In this document: positions 37,446 through 46,144 of the stretch, in pieces
Layout of the letters: the number at the start of each line of letters is the position of its first letter
Numbering within the stretch: position 1 is the stretch's first letter
IMG/VR virus record: IMGVR_UViG_3300035688_000006
Span: 1-54,471 of that record
DNA length: 54,471 nucleotides
From: a virus
Taxonomy: Duplodnaviria; Caudoviricetes
Strand: one strand, 5' to 3'
The notes under the pieces: model-generated
Databases searched by the model: none
What the model was told of the DNA's origin: nothing
The model's input: the letters and a program-made list of their open reading frames with translations, nothing else
Translations under genes and position numbers: made by a program

Positions 37446-38209
37446 TAAACAACTCCTCCACCCAGGACCTCGTCTACGGTCTGAAATTCAAAACAGCGTA
37501 GTCCCGATCCTGGATTGAGATTGACGACTCTTGTCCCGGCCGCCTTGATCTTCGGCGCCCATTTCTCGAACGGACCCTTGTATTTGTCGAGCGTCTCCTG
37601 AGCCAGAGGCCTCGTATGCCCCTCGTGCCAGTGCGTCCCCGCGGGGCCGATCGTCATGTCGTAGCCGAGCAGGTAAATGGGATTTGCCCCTAACAGGAAC
37701 GCCAGATTCAACGCTCCAAAGCCGCTGTTGTCGCCGTGCCCGCAGCCCTCTTCCATTTTGAACGAAAAATTCTTCATCCCGAAGTCGTGATTCTTGAGCA
37801 CCCTGATTACAAAAATATCCTCCGGCAATTTGGCCGAATAGGTGAGGAGCCAGCACTTATACGCCGGCGTCTTTTCAAACTTCTCCTTTAACCCTGGGTA
37901 TATCTCGTCGTACCTTCCGTTCAATATCCAATGCAAAAACCGGGTGTCCATCGCGAACGCTACCGTCGGGTCGAAATAGTAAAACGCGAGATTGATACCG
38001 ATCGTTCGAAGCCCATCGAGCCTCTTCCAATCGAAGCCCTTCAAGCTCGGGCCTCCACCGACGATGAACGCCGGTCCGTCCGACCAGCATCCCGCCGGCA
38101 ACACTTCGGAGATTTGACGGTTTGAGATCGTCGGCGATTTGAATAGAATGGGAGCCCGGCCCAGAACCCAGGGGATCTGTTCTTTCATTTCCGCCAAGCT
38201 CTCCATCAT
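37445..38209 (-). CDS. DUF115/MptE/Maf-like glycosyltransferase-family protein
   Basis: IVGGGPSL, IGIN, NSGFGALNLA...IYLLGYDM, VVNL. Confidence 0.7.
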   Translation of the reverse strand: MMESLAEMKEQIPWVLGRAPILFKSPTISNRQISEVLPAGCWSDGPAFIVGGGPSLKGFDWKRLDGLRTIGINLAFYYFDPTVAFAMDTRFLHWILNGRYDEIYPGLKEKFEKTPAYKCWLLTYSAKLPEDIFVIRVLKNHDFGMKNFSFKMEEGCGHGDNSGFGALNLAFLLGANPIYLLGYDMTIGPAGTHWHEGHTRPLAQETLDKYKGPFEKWAPKIKAAGTRVVNLNPGSGLRCFEFQTVDEVLGGGVV

Positions 38210-38862
38210 GGCGCCATAATGACGATCTTCTTCCGTCTGAACAGGGCGATGATATCATCCGCCTCTTTGATCCCCGTCTTGTATTTCGGCTGCCCGGGCA
38301 CGGACCCGAGCGAATAGGAATAACTGCCGATACTCTCCGAGGCGAACGCATAGGATGTGTAGAGGGTAGGGTCGATCGACGCTTCTGCCAGGATCTTCGC
38401 GACCTTCTTAATCCAGGCCGGCACCGCCGCGGGACCGCACTTCCCTACGACCCTGATATTGTTATAGCCCCTGGGGAAAATCCCCGTCGCTGAAACCGTG
38501 CTAAGCAGGTAATCCAGCTCGGGATTTCCGACTCCGGCGCCGCTTGCCGAGAGGTCTATGAAAACGCTGTTCTCATCCCACGTCCACCAGGTCGCGTCCA
38601 TCTCGATACCGCCCACGTACACGTGCGATACCTCTCTGATGTTCGACGTTAAGGGGAGGAACAGCCGATTTTTTCCGTTGCCGTTCAGCTTGATGTCGAA
38701 AGCCTTGTCGTAATAATGGACGCCCAGTGCCCTTTCCAGGATGGCCTCGGCCGTTTCGATGACCGCCTGCTTCTCCGCGTCCGATGTCCCCGTCTGCCAA
38801 TTCGATATATCGGCCGAATTTACATAATGGCCTTGGTAGTTAGGCAATTCTTCCCTCCACAT
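38206..38862 (-). CDS. Head-tail adaptor/connector
   Basis: FPRGYNNIRV, VPAWIK, SESIGSYSYS. Confidence 0.75.
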   Translation of the reverse strand: MWREELPNYQGHYVNSADISNWQTGTSDAEKQAVIETAEAILERALGVHYYDKAFDIKLNGNGKNRLFLPLTSNIREVSHVYVGGIEMDATWWTWDENSVFIDLSASGAGVGNPELDYLLSTVSATGIFPRGYNNIRVVGKCGPAAVPAWIKKVAKILAEASIDPTLYTSYAFASESIGSYSYSLGSVPGQPKYKTGIKEADDIIALFRRKKIVIMAP

Positions 38863-39388
38863 GGAAACGCTTGAGTTTTTCTATGAGGACGGCGAGATCC
38901 CTTAATTCAAGATTCCAAACAATCAATGTTTCATAACCCTGCAACTTGAAAAATTCTGTTCTCTTCTCCGCTTCTTCCTCATCATGATATCTGTCCCCGA
39001 ATAACTCTATTATTTTCTTCGAGCCCTCAGTGCTGACGAAATCTGGATTTTTCCCATCGACCATAAAGGAGAAGTCTCCGGTGAACAGATACTTTCCTGG
39101 GAAAAGAATTTGCAATAGAGCATTGAGACCATTCTCTGATTTGTTCGGCCCTTTTTTTCTGCCCAAATGTTGTTTGGCCGCGTATTCGGCCGTTTTCCAT
39201 AGAGCCTTTATCCGGTCACTATGGTCTGGGTTTTTCTTGCCGAACCGGGCTTTACTCATCGCATCGCATTGTGCCGGAGTTCTTTTAATCCCTTTGTGAG
39301 TAAGGTTCTGATGACCCAGCTTGAACTCTGTTCTAGGGCTTGTATGCCGCCCCTTTAGTGACTTACTTCGCGTTTCACTATACGGCAT
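38840..39388 (-). CDS. NUMOD-type DNA-binding plus Vsr/DUF559-like endonuclease
   Basis: SPRTEFKLGH; NPDF...IIELFGDRYH...GYETLIVW. Confidence 0.75.
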   Translation of the reverse strand: MPYSETRSKSLKGRHTSPRTEFKLGHQNLTHKGIKRTPAQCDAMSKARFGKKNPDHSDRIKALWKTAEYAAKQHLGRKKGPNKSENGLNALLQILFPGKYLFTGDFSFMVDGKNPDFVSTEGSKKIIELFGDRYHDEEEAEKRTEFFKLQGYETLIVWNLELRDLAVLIEKLKRFHVEGRIA

Positions 39389-39461
39389 TTCTTAGGCCTC
39401 CGTTTATAAGAAGACGGCGAGAACCGCAGCTCAGCTTTAGTCCTCGCCGCCTCAATTCCAC

Positions 39462-39492
39462 AAAATCGGGCCTCTAAGACCCGGGTCCCGAC
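39462..39492 (-). terminator. Probable intrinsic terminator after capsid genes
   Basis: CGGGTCT-TAG-AGGCCCG hairpin followed by ATTTTGT. Confidence 0.45.
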
Positions 39493-39510
39493 TTACTTAG
39501 CCGGTCCGCC

Positions 39511-40266
39511 TTACTCGACGTAGCGTTCAGCAACGCACTTGAAATAGTCGACGTAAAGGAATTTGCTGTCGGCCTCTCCGTTCCGGACACCGAAACAAAT
39601 CCGGAGTTCCTCGTCCTGGGGGAACCCCGTCGTGACGACGCCCGTCGCAAGGCAAACCCGGTAATCGTCGAATACGAACCAGCGCAGGTTGCCGGCTCCG
39701 TCCCAGTGGAAGCCGATCCTGTACCAGGTAAAGGCCTCCAAGTTGACATCCGTGTCCGTGTCCGTAACCACCGCGTTGTCCTCGCAGGCGAAGATGAGGG
39801 AAGCGTTTCCGTCGTCCTTCCTAAAATAGACGCCATGATTTCCGCCCGCGGCATAGTAGCCAAGCGCATCGAGCAGCCCGGCGTAGAACTCGGACTCGTC
39901 CGTGTCGCTCAGCAGGAACCGCATCTCGAAATACATGGGGAAGGCGTCGTACAGGCGCCAGGTTTCATGATTCTGATACCTTTCGGCATAGGCGTCATCG
40001 GTCTGCGCTTGCGGTGAAAACAGCATAACCCCGTTCACCATGTCCGTCACTTCGACCGACCCGCCGGCTGCGGTATTCGTCCAGTCGTCGACTTCCTCAT
40101 TATAGAAGTCGTCCTGGAGCCTGACGCAGCTCGAGATGTCGATGTAGCTTTTGAGCCAGTGCCACTTCTGGAAATTGATGTCGATGTTCAGCGGGAACAC
40201 GTCCATCAAATAGTTCTCGCACACGTCTCCGCCCAAATCACTGTGTGGGAAATGTTCATTGTCCAT
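39511..40266 (-). CDS. Putative capsid decoration protein, lectin/ConA-like
   Basis: Acidic beta-rich protein (LQDDF, WYRIGF, LYVDY) after MCP. Confidence 0.45.
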   Translation of the reverse strand: MDNEHFPHSDLGGDVCENYLMDVFPLNIDINFQKWHWLKSYIDISSCVRLQDDFYNEEVDDWTNTAAGGSVEVTDMVNGVMLFSPQAQTDDAYAERYQNHETWRLYDAFPMYFEMRFLLSDTDESEFYAGLLDALGYYAAGGNHGVYFRKDDGNASLIFACEDNAVVTDTDTDVNLEAFTWYRIGFHWDGAGNLRWFVFDDYRVCLATGVVTTGFPQDEELRICFGVRNGEADSKFLYVDYFKCVAERYVE

Positions 40267-40564
40267 AATGTTTCTCCTCTAGGGCCTTGATTAGATCCGC
40301 CCTCCTCATCCTCGAGAAGCCGCGAATCTTATATCTTACCGCGATACTTTTGAGTTGGGTGATTTTGAACGAGGACCAGTCGACTCCCGGCTTCGGTACT
40401 TTGGATGGTCCTTTGCAGACGACCTTCAACATGGGAAAAGCCTTGAGTTCCTCGATCGCCTTCTCGTTCTCTATCTCCCTCGTCTCCGTCGCGCCGATAT
40501 AGACGTTGCCGATGCACGTCGGGAACGACCTCGTTTGACCGAAATTCGTAACCAACGCTATCAT
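40256..40564 (-). CDS. Rho-N/HeH domain protein
   Basis: ITQLKSIAVRYKIRGFSRMRRADLIKALE. Confidence 0.7.
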   Translation of the reverse strand: MIALVTNFGQTRSFPTCIGNVYIGATETREIENEKAIEELKAFPMLKVVCKGPSKVPKPGVDWSSFKITQLKSIAVRYKIRGFSRMRRADLIKALEEKHYGQ

Positions 40565-40586
40565 CGGCCCGTCTCCAAGCCCGTCT

Positions 40587-41705
40587 TTAGCACTCGTGCT
40601 CCAAGCACCGGATCAGAACAACCGCGTCCACGTTCTCCAGGGCGAAGTCGATCTTGAGCGAATAAAAGACGTACGTGCACTGGTCGGCCGGCTCACGCTT
40701 GGACTCGATCTTGATGTCCCGCTGGATGGCGATGATCAGATTGTTCTTCGGCGTGAACAGGCAATCCGTGTAGACGCCCGCTCCGATGACCCCGTCCTGC
40801 CCCGCACCCGGATCTCCCAGGTTTGTCGGCATGAGAGGAACGTCGATGATCCCCACCCGGCCGTACTGCGGCTGCATCGTCCCCTGCAGGACTGCGTCTC
40901 CGATGATCGTGCTTCTCTGGCTCAACGCGGCCAGGTAGTCCTGCGTCACAAGGTCCGAGTTTAGGAACGACATGTTGGCCAGCCCGCCGTTAGCCTTGTA
41001 CTTGGACGGCATCGCTTTGATCGCTTTGTGGTATTTGAACTCCCAGCCATAAGGAGGGGCGGGATTTTGTTCGGCGATCAGTCCTGGGTATTTGAACTCG
41101 TTGCCCGTTTCTCCGCCCTCGCAGGCGTCCAGGAGATGCGCGGATCCCGAGACCTTGTTGAAATACTGCTGGCCCGCAGCGCTGTGGCTGATGATGTAGC
41201 GCCATCCGTCCCAAAGGCTTCTGATGTCGTCGGCGGCAAAGCCGTTAAGGCCGTGCCTGTCGCTCATGTACCCAGCCTCTTCGATCTCGATGGCGATCTT
41301 CTTCGTGATGATCCCCATGAGCTGGTTCTGGTACTGGTCAGGCGTGATTGCGGGCGGCAGATCCTCGAGGTCGTTGTCGAAGATGGCGACGCAGCCGCGC
41401 GCCTCTTTCGTCGAGAGTTGAATCTTGTTGTCGATCCACTGTTTTTTGTACTTGCTCTCGTCGAACTGCCCGGCCGGGTACAGGAACTTCCCGGACCCGA
41501 ACCCGATAGCCCTCAGATTCTTCTGCGGCACGTTCATCCGCTCGATCCGGGCGTAGCCCTTCATGGCCGATTCGTCGACCATGTAGTCAATGAATCGGTC
41601 GGCCTCTTCCTCGGTCAGGGTGATCTGCGGAAGGGAGATGAGATTGTAACCCTTCTCAATCCTGTCCATCCGCAGCTTTTGCAAAAGTGATTTTGTCGTG
41701 TTCAC
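40587..41705 (-). CDS. Major capsid protein (HK97 fold, XkdG-like)
   Basis: LTEEEADRFID, FTPKNNLII..QRDIKIE, DFALEN.DA; GTG start with AAGGAGG. Confidence 0.9.
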   Translation of the reverse strand: MNTTKSLLQKLRMDRIEKGYNLISLPQITLTEEEADRFIDYMVDESAMKGYARIERMNVPQKNLRAIGFGSGKFLYPAGQFDESKYKKQWIDNKIQLSTKEARGCVAIFDNDLEDLPPAITPDQYQNQLMGIITKKIAIEIEEAGYMSDRHGLNGFAADDIRSLWDGWRYIISHSAAGQQYFNKVSGSAHLLDACEGGETGNEFKYPGLIAEQNPAPPYGWEFKYHKAIKAMPSKYKANGGLANMSFLNSDLVTQDYLAALSQRSTIIGDAVLQGTMQPQYGRVGIIDVPLMPTNLGDPGAGQDGVIGAGVYTDCLFTPKNNLIIAIQRDIKIESKREPADQCTYVFYSLKIDFALENVDAVVLIRCLEHEC

Positions 41706-41706
41706 G

Positions 41707-42516
41707 TTAGTCCTCCTTAACAACCTTCCCGACTATGCTCGGCCACAGGAGACGGCCGCCGGCCTTTTTGACTTCCTTCTCGTACTTGGGATCGGCGAAC
41801 TTCGCGATCGGTTCGTCTCCCTCATCCCCTTCATCTCCCTCATCGGCATCGAGGCTCTTCTTGACCGCCTTCTTCGCCGGTACGGCCTTCGCGATCGCGG
41901 CCTTGATAAGCTCCTCAACGTCGGACTTTTTGAGGGCGGGTTCCTTCGCCTTCGCTTCGAGTTCCTCGAGCCGTTTCATCTTCTGGATGAAGACTTCGGC
42001 CGTAAGGCCCTCGGCGTACTTCTTGACTTCGTCTGCGGCCGCTGGGTCTTTCAGCAGCTCGTCCAGGATTGCCGTGGCTTTCTTTAGAGCCCCGGCCTCA
42101 GTGATGAGCTTTGCGACGATGTCTCGCAATCCCGTCAACTGCTCCTTCGTGAGTTTGCTGAGCCTGGCACCGGTCTTCTCGAGATTCATCTCTCCCTCGT
42201 CATCCGACTCGACGAGCGGATAATCGGTGGTGGAGAATTTGACCAGAGCCTTGACCGCGTCCTCGAACTCATCCGGCCAGGCGTCCCTGTTGCGCTTCAA
42301 AACCTCGAGCGCGCTGACGATTTCGACAGCCGTGTCTTCCGGCAGCTCGCCTACCTTTTTGATTTGCTCTTTGGACAGGTCGCCTCCCAGGAACTTCTTT
42401 ATGGTGTCCAAGAATTTCATGCTTGTTCTCCTTTTTTTGAGGTAAAACCTCTTTTTATTTGCGGCAGCATCGACCAAGCTCACCTCGAGCACTTCCAAAT
42501 CTTTTAATCGCGGCAT
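41707..42516 (-). CDS. Scaffold protein with N-terminal protease strand; second in-frame start at 42420
   Basis: MPRLKDLEVLEVSLVDAAANKKRF then charged helical region; RBS before both ATGs. Confidence 0.7.
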   Translation of the reverse strand: MPRLKDLEVLEVSLVDAAANKKRFYLKKRRTSMKFLDTIKKFLGGDLSKEQIKKVGELPEDTAVEIVSALEVLKRNRDAWPDEFEDAVKALVKFSTTDYPLVESDDEGEMNLEKTGARLSKLTKEQLTGLRDIVAKLITEAGALKKATAILDELLKDPAAADEVKKYAEGLTAEVFIQKMKRLEELEAKAKEPALKKSDVEELIKAAIAKAVPAKKAVKKSLDADEGDEGDEGDEPIAKFADPKYEKEVKKAGGRLLWPSIVGKVVKED

Positions 42517-42684
42517 ACCACAAACCTCCACGAAAAAATTGACCTTTGGATTGGCCCCCTTGCGCGATTGCCGCTCGGCAGGTTCTCTTGGCACCTAGTG
42601 GAGCATGGAACCTATGGCGCCGAATCCGCTGACTGGATCGGCCCTGGCTCCATCTTACATCAGTCCAGGTACTATTCTCTTAAT

Positions 42685-42713
42685 CCTATACGCCACTTTT
42701 TTTTGCTTGTCAA
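42685..42713 (-). promoter_or_regulatory. Promoter for scaffold/capsid genes with ~160-nt leader
   Basis: TTGACA-N17-TATAGG. Confidence 0.5.
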
Positions 42714-42831
42714 GTCCCAATGCCTAAAATTTTCGCTTGATATGCATTTGAGGCCACTTTTAAAAGGAAGATGATGAATATTGAGCGGCCAGATATATGC
42801 CCCTATTTAGGCCTAAGATCAACGCTGGCGT

Positions 42832-43455
42832 TTAGATCGAATTGCCGTGTATCTTGGCTATCTTCTTACAATAGATTATAAATTCTTGATCTGTCCTGGA
42901 TCCCTTCGTCCAATTGCATGAATGGCAGATAATCCTAATGTTTTCAATATCGATTGTTTTCCCGTTATGAATACGGTCAAGTGATGGAGTATTGTTATAT
43001 GTTCCCTTCCCTTTATACTCCCAATGCAGACCGTCTCCGCAATAGAAACAATGATCGGTTTTCCCTGCAAGTTCTATTAATTGGGCAGTCGTTAAGGTTC
43101 CTTTAATTCCCCGATATTTATGATGATAAAGAGTATCTCTAGCCCACATTTTTATATTAAACTTTATATCTTGTTTTCTTTCTTCAGTGATTTTTTTGCA
43201 ACGTTCTCTCCCATATTCGGGATGTAATCGTCGCCATTCTTTGTTAAGGTATTTAATCTTTTCTTTATTTTCTAGACAATATTTTTTCCTATATTCCTTC
43301 ATTTCTTCGGAATGTGCACGATGCCATGCATTTGCACGATCCGGATGAGCCTTATTAAAAGCGGATTGTCTTGCTAATATACGTTCTTTGTTTTTTAAAT
43401 AATATTTATGTTGATAGGCTTTCCCATCCATAGAAATATTATATAGCAAATCCAT
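42832..43455 (-). CDS. HNH endonuclease
   Basis: CFYCG...PSLDRI...NIRIICHSCNWTKG; AT-rich. Confidence 0.85.
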   Translation of the reverse strand: MDLLYNISMDGKAYQHKYYLKNKERILARQSAFNKAHPDRANAWHRAHSEEMKEYRKKYCLENKEKIKYLNKEWRRLHPEYGRERCKKITEERKQDIKFNIKMWARDTLYHHKYRGIKGTLTTAQLIELAGKTDHCFYCGDGLHWEYKGKGTYNNTPSLDRIHNGKTIDIENIRIICHSCNWTKGSRTDQEFIIYCKKIAKIHGNSI

Positions 43456-43496
43456 GGAACATAAAAGCGTTTTGCCGGGATAGATTTAGGAGGAGA

Positions 43497-43889
43497 TTAG
43501 CCTTGATTATTCTTGGAACTGATTATGGGTCTTTCGGTATTTTCAATCTCCGTCCACTCGATTTCACCGCCCTTACAATGAAGGCCCTCTGCAACAGCAT
43601 GATAGAGATGACCATCGCCGACAAGTGCCTCGCCTGCCTCTTGGAGTTGTTCGACATATTCTTCCACAATGACTAAAAATTGTTTATCCGTCACCTGGCC
43701 ATGTGCCCATTCCGCGAATTTCTGTTCGAACCAAATGAGCCCACCTGGGATTGCCGGTTGACCAAGTACCTTCCTAATAAGGACATTTTCGATCTGCCGT
43801 AGAGCATTCCGCAACCACCACGGTATTCGGTATCTCCGGATCCCTTTCTTCTTTGCTAGTTGTTCATTCGTCTTCATATTTATCTCCAA
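43497..43889 (-). CDS. Hypothetical protein
   Basis: ORF with GGAG RBS before MKTNEQ. Confidence 0.5.
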   Translation of the reverse strand: MEINMKTNEQLAKKKGIRRYRIPWWLRNALRQIENVLIRKVLGQPAIPGGLIWFEQKFAEWAHGQVTDKQFLVIVEEYVEQLQEAGEALVGDGHLYHAVAEGLHCKGGEIEWTEIENTERPIISSKNNQG

Positions 43890-43912
43890 ACAAAATAAAA
43901 AAAGTATCTTTG

Positions 43913-45106
43913 TTATGCTCTCCTAGCGAAGCCTCCCATACTCAGTCCGGTAATCGCGCCAGCTTCAATTTCCGCCCAAACTCCCGCGTCCGTGATCTTT
44001 ATCATCATCCACCAAGCGCCGGCTTTGATCATACCGTCGCCCTTCTTTGTGTCATGCTCCGGCTGGAAACATTCGAGGATGGGAAACATATGGGCCGTGC
44101 CCTTGTGCATGATCTTGATACGGCTCGGCTGTTCGGCATACTTCATCATGAACCCGTACATCGTCTTCTGGATCTCGGCCGCGTCCGTCCAATCACCCTG
44201 GGTATCGACTGCGTTCGGCTCATAGACGATCCCGCCCACGATCTGCTGCGCTGCGTCCTTCTTCAGGATCTTGAAGATAGCCTCAGACTCGCCATCATCG
44301 ATCGCCTTCTTTTCTTCCTTGGCTGGCTCGAATGATATAAATTTGATTTTATTGTCCTTCAGCCATTTTCTCGCCTCGGCCTCGGTCCAGTCCTTGATAG
44401 GAAAGCGCAGCGCCTGCGGGATGGCAGCCTTCGGCGGGCCGTTTTTCGGATGACCCCAGATGATATCAATAGAGGCGGGAACGACAATCGCCCCTCCATA
44501 TATTTTTCCGCCCTTGGTTCTGCCGAACCTGTCGAATTTTCCGGGGTCGCTCAATCTCGCCGCGTGCTCGTTGGGATAGGGCTTTTCTATAACTTCCAAA
44601 TCGGCCTTGTCCAGGGCAAGCCCCCAGGTCCCGGCGTCGTATCTTGCCGGGGACTTTTTCCAGCCCTTGCAGATTCCGCCCACCGGCTCATCGTTGCCGC
44701 ACTTTAGGCACCGCGGGCTTCCCCAAGAAGTTGTCCACTTCGCCGGCTGGAATTTGTGTGACTTTTGCGCGTCGGCCTTCATGGAATTTTCAAATATTAG
44801 AGCCGTTTCATCGTCGTATGATTTTTGGTCCTCGGGACTGAGGCTTGTTTTGAAACCCGGCATTGGACCCGCCTTGTTGATGAACCTTTCGATACTGGAT
44901 TCAACACCGATAGGCATGAACCTCTTTTCCATCTCGGTCCGGAGCATCATGTATTTGGCCATAAACTCCGGCCACTCCGCAATTTCCGAGAACTTTTTGT
45001 TGCCGTGATATTGATTGAATAGTTGGATGAACTTGAACCGACACTCTTTCAATTCTTCTGGAGTCGCCTTCGTCAAAAGCTCTTCATTAATTTTTTCGAT
45101 TCTCAT
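43913..45106 (-). CDS. XkdF-like prohead protease with N-terminal extra domains
   Basis: QIVGGIVYEPNAVDTQGD, IMH, GAWW, GAITGLSMGG; also PYPNEHAARL. Confidence 0.8.
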   Translation of the reverse strand: MRIEKINEELLTKATPEELKECRFKFIQLFNQYHGNKKFSEIAEWPEFMAKYMMLRTEMEKRFMPIGVESSIERFINKAGPMPGFKTSLSPEDQKSYDDETALIFENSMKADAQKSHKFQPAKWTTSWGSPRCLKCGNDEPVGGICKGWKKSPARYDAGTWGLALDKADLEVIEKPYPNEHAARLSDPGKFDRFGRTKGGKIYGGAIVVPASIDIIWGHPKNGPPKAAIPQALRFPIKDWTEAEARKWLKDNKIKFISFEPAKEEKKAIDDGESEAIFKILKKDAAQQIVGGIVYEPNAVDTQGDWTDAAEIQKTMYGFMMKYAEQPSRIKIMHKGTAHMFPILECFQPEHDTKKGDGMIKAGAWWMMIKITDAGVWAEIEAGAITGLSMGGFARRA

Positions 45107-45444
45107 GTGACCCTCCCATTCCTGGCCTCGATGGCCTCGTATATCCGATTATGATCCTCTCTGTTTTCTTTTCTCAATCCGGCGATTTCTTCGGCGGCGT
45201 GCTCTACCTCAGCCTCGACCCTTGCTATCTTCTCGCCATGAATTACCACCTTGTCCGACAGGACATTCACCCGATCGGTTTGTATCCCGATCTCCTCCGT
45301 GTGTTTATCCACCCTCTCCTTCGTCCCGTTGTCGCTGGAGTTTCCCCCCTTGTTTTTTCTCATGTAATAAAGGACCGTCAATAAGGCCCCTATGTTTCCC
45401 AGCCCGACGAAGATGTTCCCCATCGTCATTAGTTCAGTTGCCAT
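45103..45444 (-). CDS. Membrane-anchored coiled-coil protein
   Basis: One TM then heptad-rich region. Confidence 0.55.
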   Translation of the reverse strand: MATELMTMGNIFVGLGNIGALLTVLYYMRKNKGGNSSDNGTKERVDKHTEEIGIQTDRVNVLSDKVVIHGEKIARVEAEVEHAAEEIAGLRKENREDHNRIYEAIEARNGRVT

Positions 45445-45446
45445 GG

Positions 45447-45761
45447 TTATCCCCCTTCAAATGAAAATCCGCACCCTTGGAAAATGACTTCTTCGGGTGT
45501 AGTCGGATAGATTTTGCAAATCTTTTCCTTTTTATCATGAATGAGGCAGACCGCCTTTTTTGTTTCGATGTCGTAAACCAGCGCCTCGCACGGAAAACCG
45601 TCGCCCTTCTCTTCGGGTATGACGCGGACCTTTTCGAGTTTCAAGGTCGTCCAATCATACTCGTCCGGGAGTAGTTTCTTAGCGCTATAGCAAAAACGCC
45701 AGGCCTCTAGGCAGCATTGACCACAGCGCTTACAATGGCCGATCCTCTTTGGGGTGCTCAT
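45447..45761 (-). CDS. YkgJ-family CxxCxxCC cysteine-cluster protein
   Basis: CKRCGQCC...CEAL...CLIHDKKEKICKIYP. Confidence 0.75.
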   Translation of the reverse strand: MSTPKRIGHCKRCGQCCLEAWRFCYSAKKLLPDEYDWTTLKLEKVRVIPEEKGDGFPCEALVYDIETKKAVCLIHDKKEKICKIYPTTPEEVIFQGCGFSFEGG

Positions 45762-46144
45762 TCCGTCTTCGTCCCATACGCCCACCGGATAATAGGAAAT
45801 CTTAACCAAATTTCCTTATAAATATGAGGCCATCTCATCCAAATCAATAAGCAGAAATATCGTTCTTCCTCGTCTTCCATTTGCATCCAGAAGATGTTGA
45901 AGATAAATTGCCACAAAAGGACAATCCCAAAAATGTCTCCCGTTCGCGTTCTGCTTATTCCTATTACTTTCGGTTTTGTTATCATCTTCCCGGCCTCCTC
46001 GTATGGCCTTCCCTATAATGACACACCTTGTCCGGACACTTCCAGATCGTCAGCCATCCGTTCTTCTTCCAGGAACAACAGGCCCAGGTTACTTTCATCA
46101 TCTTCCCGCACCTCGGACACGACTTCGGCTTATTGTCCGTGATC

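Noticed and set aside
39395-39510. tRNA-like element
   Set aside because: Only two hairpins; no T-loop or cloverleaf
42517-43912. Group I intron splitting the protease
   Set aside because: No recognisable P7/catalytic core; the downstream part has its own promoter and RBS
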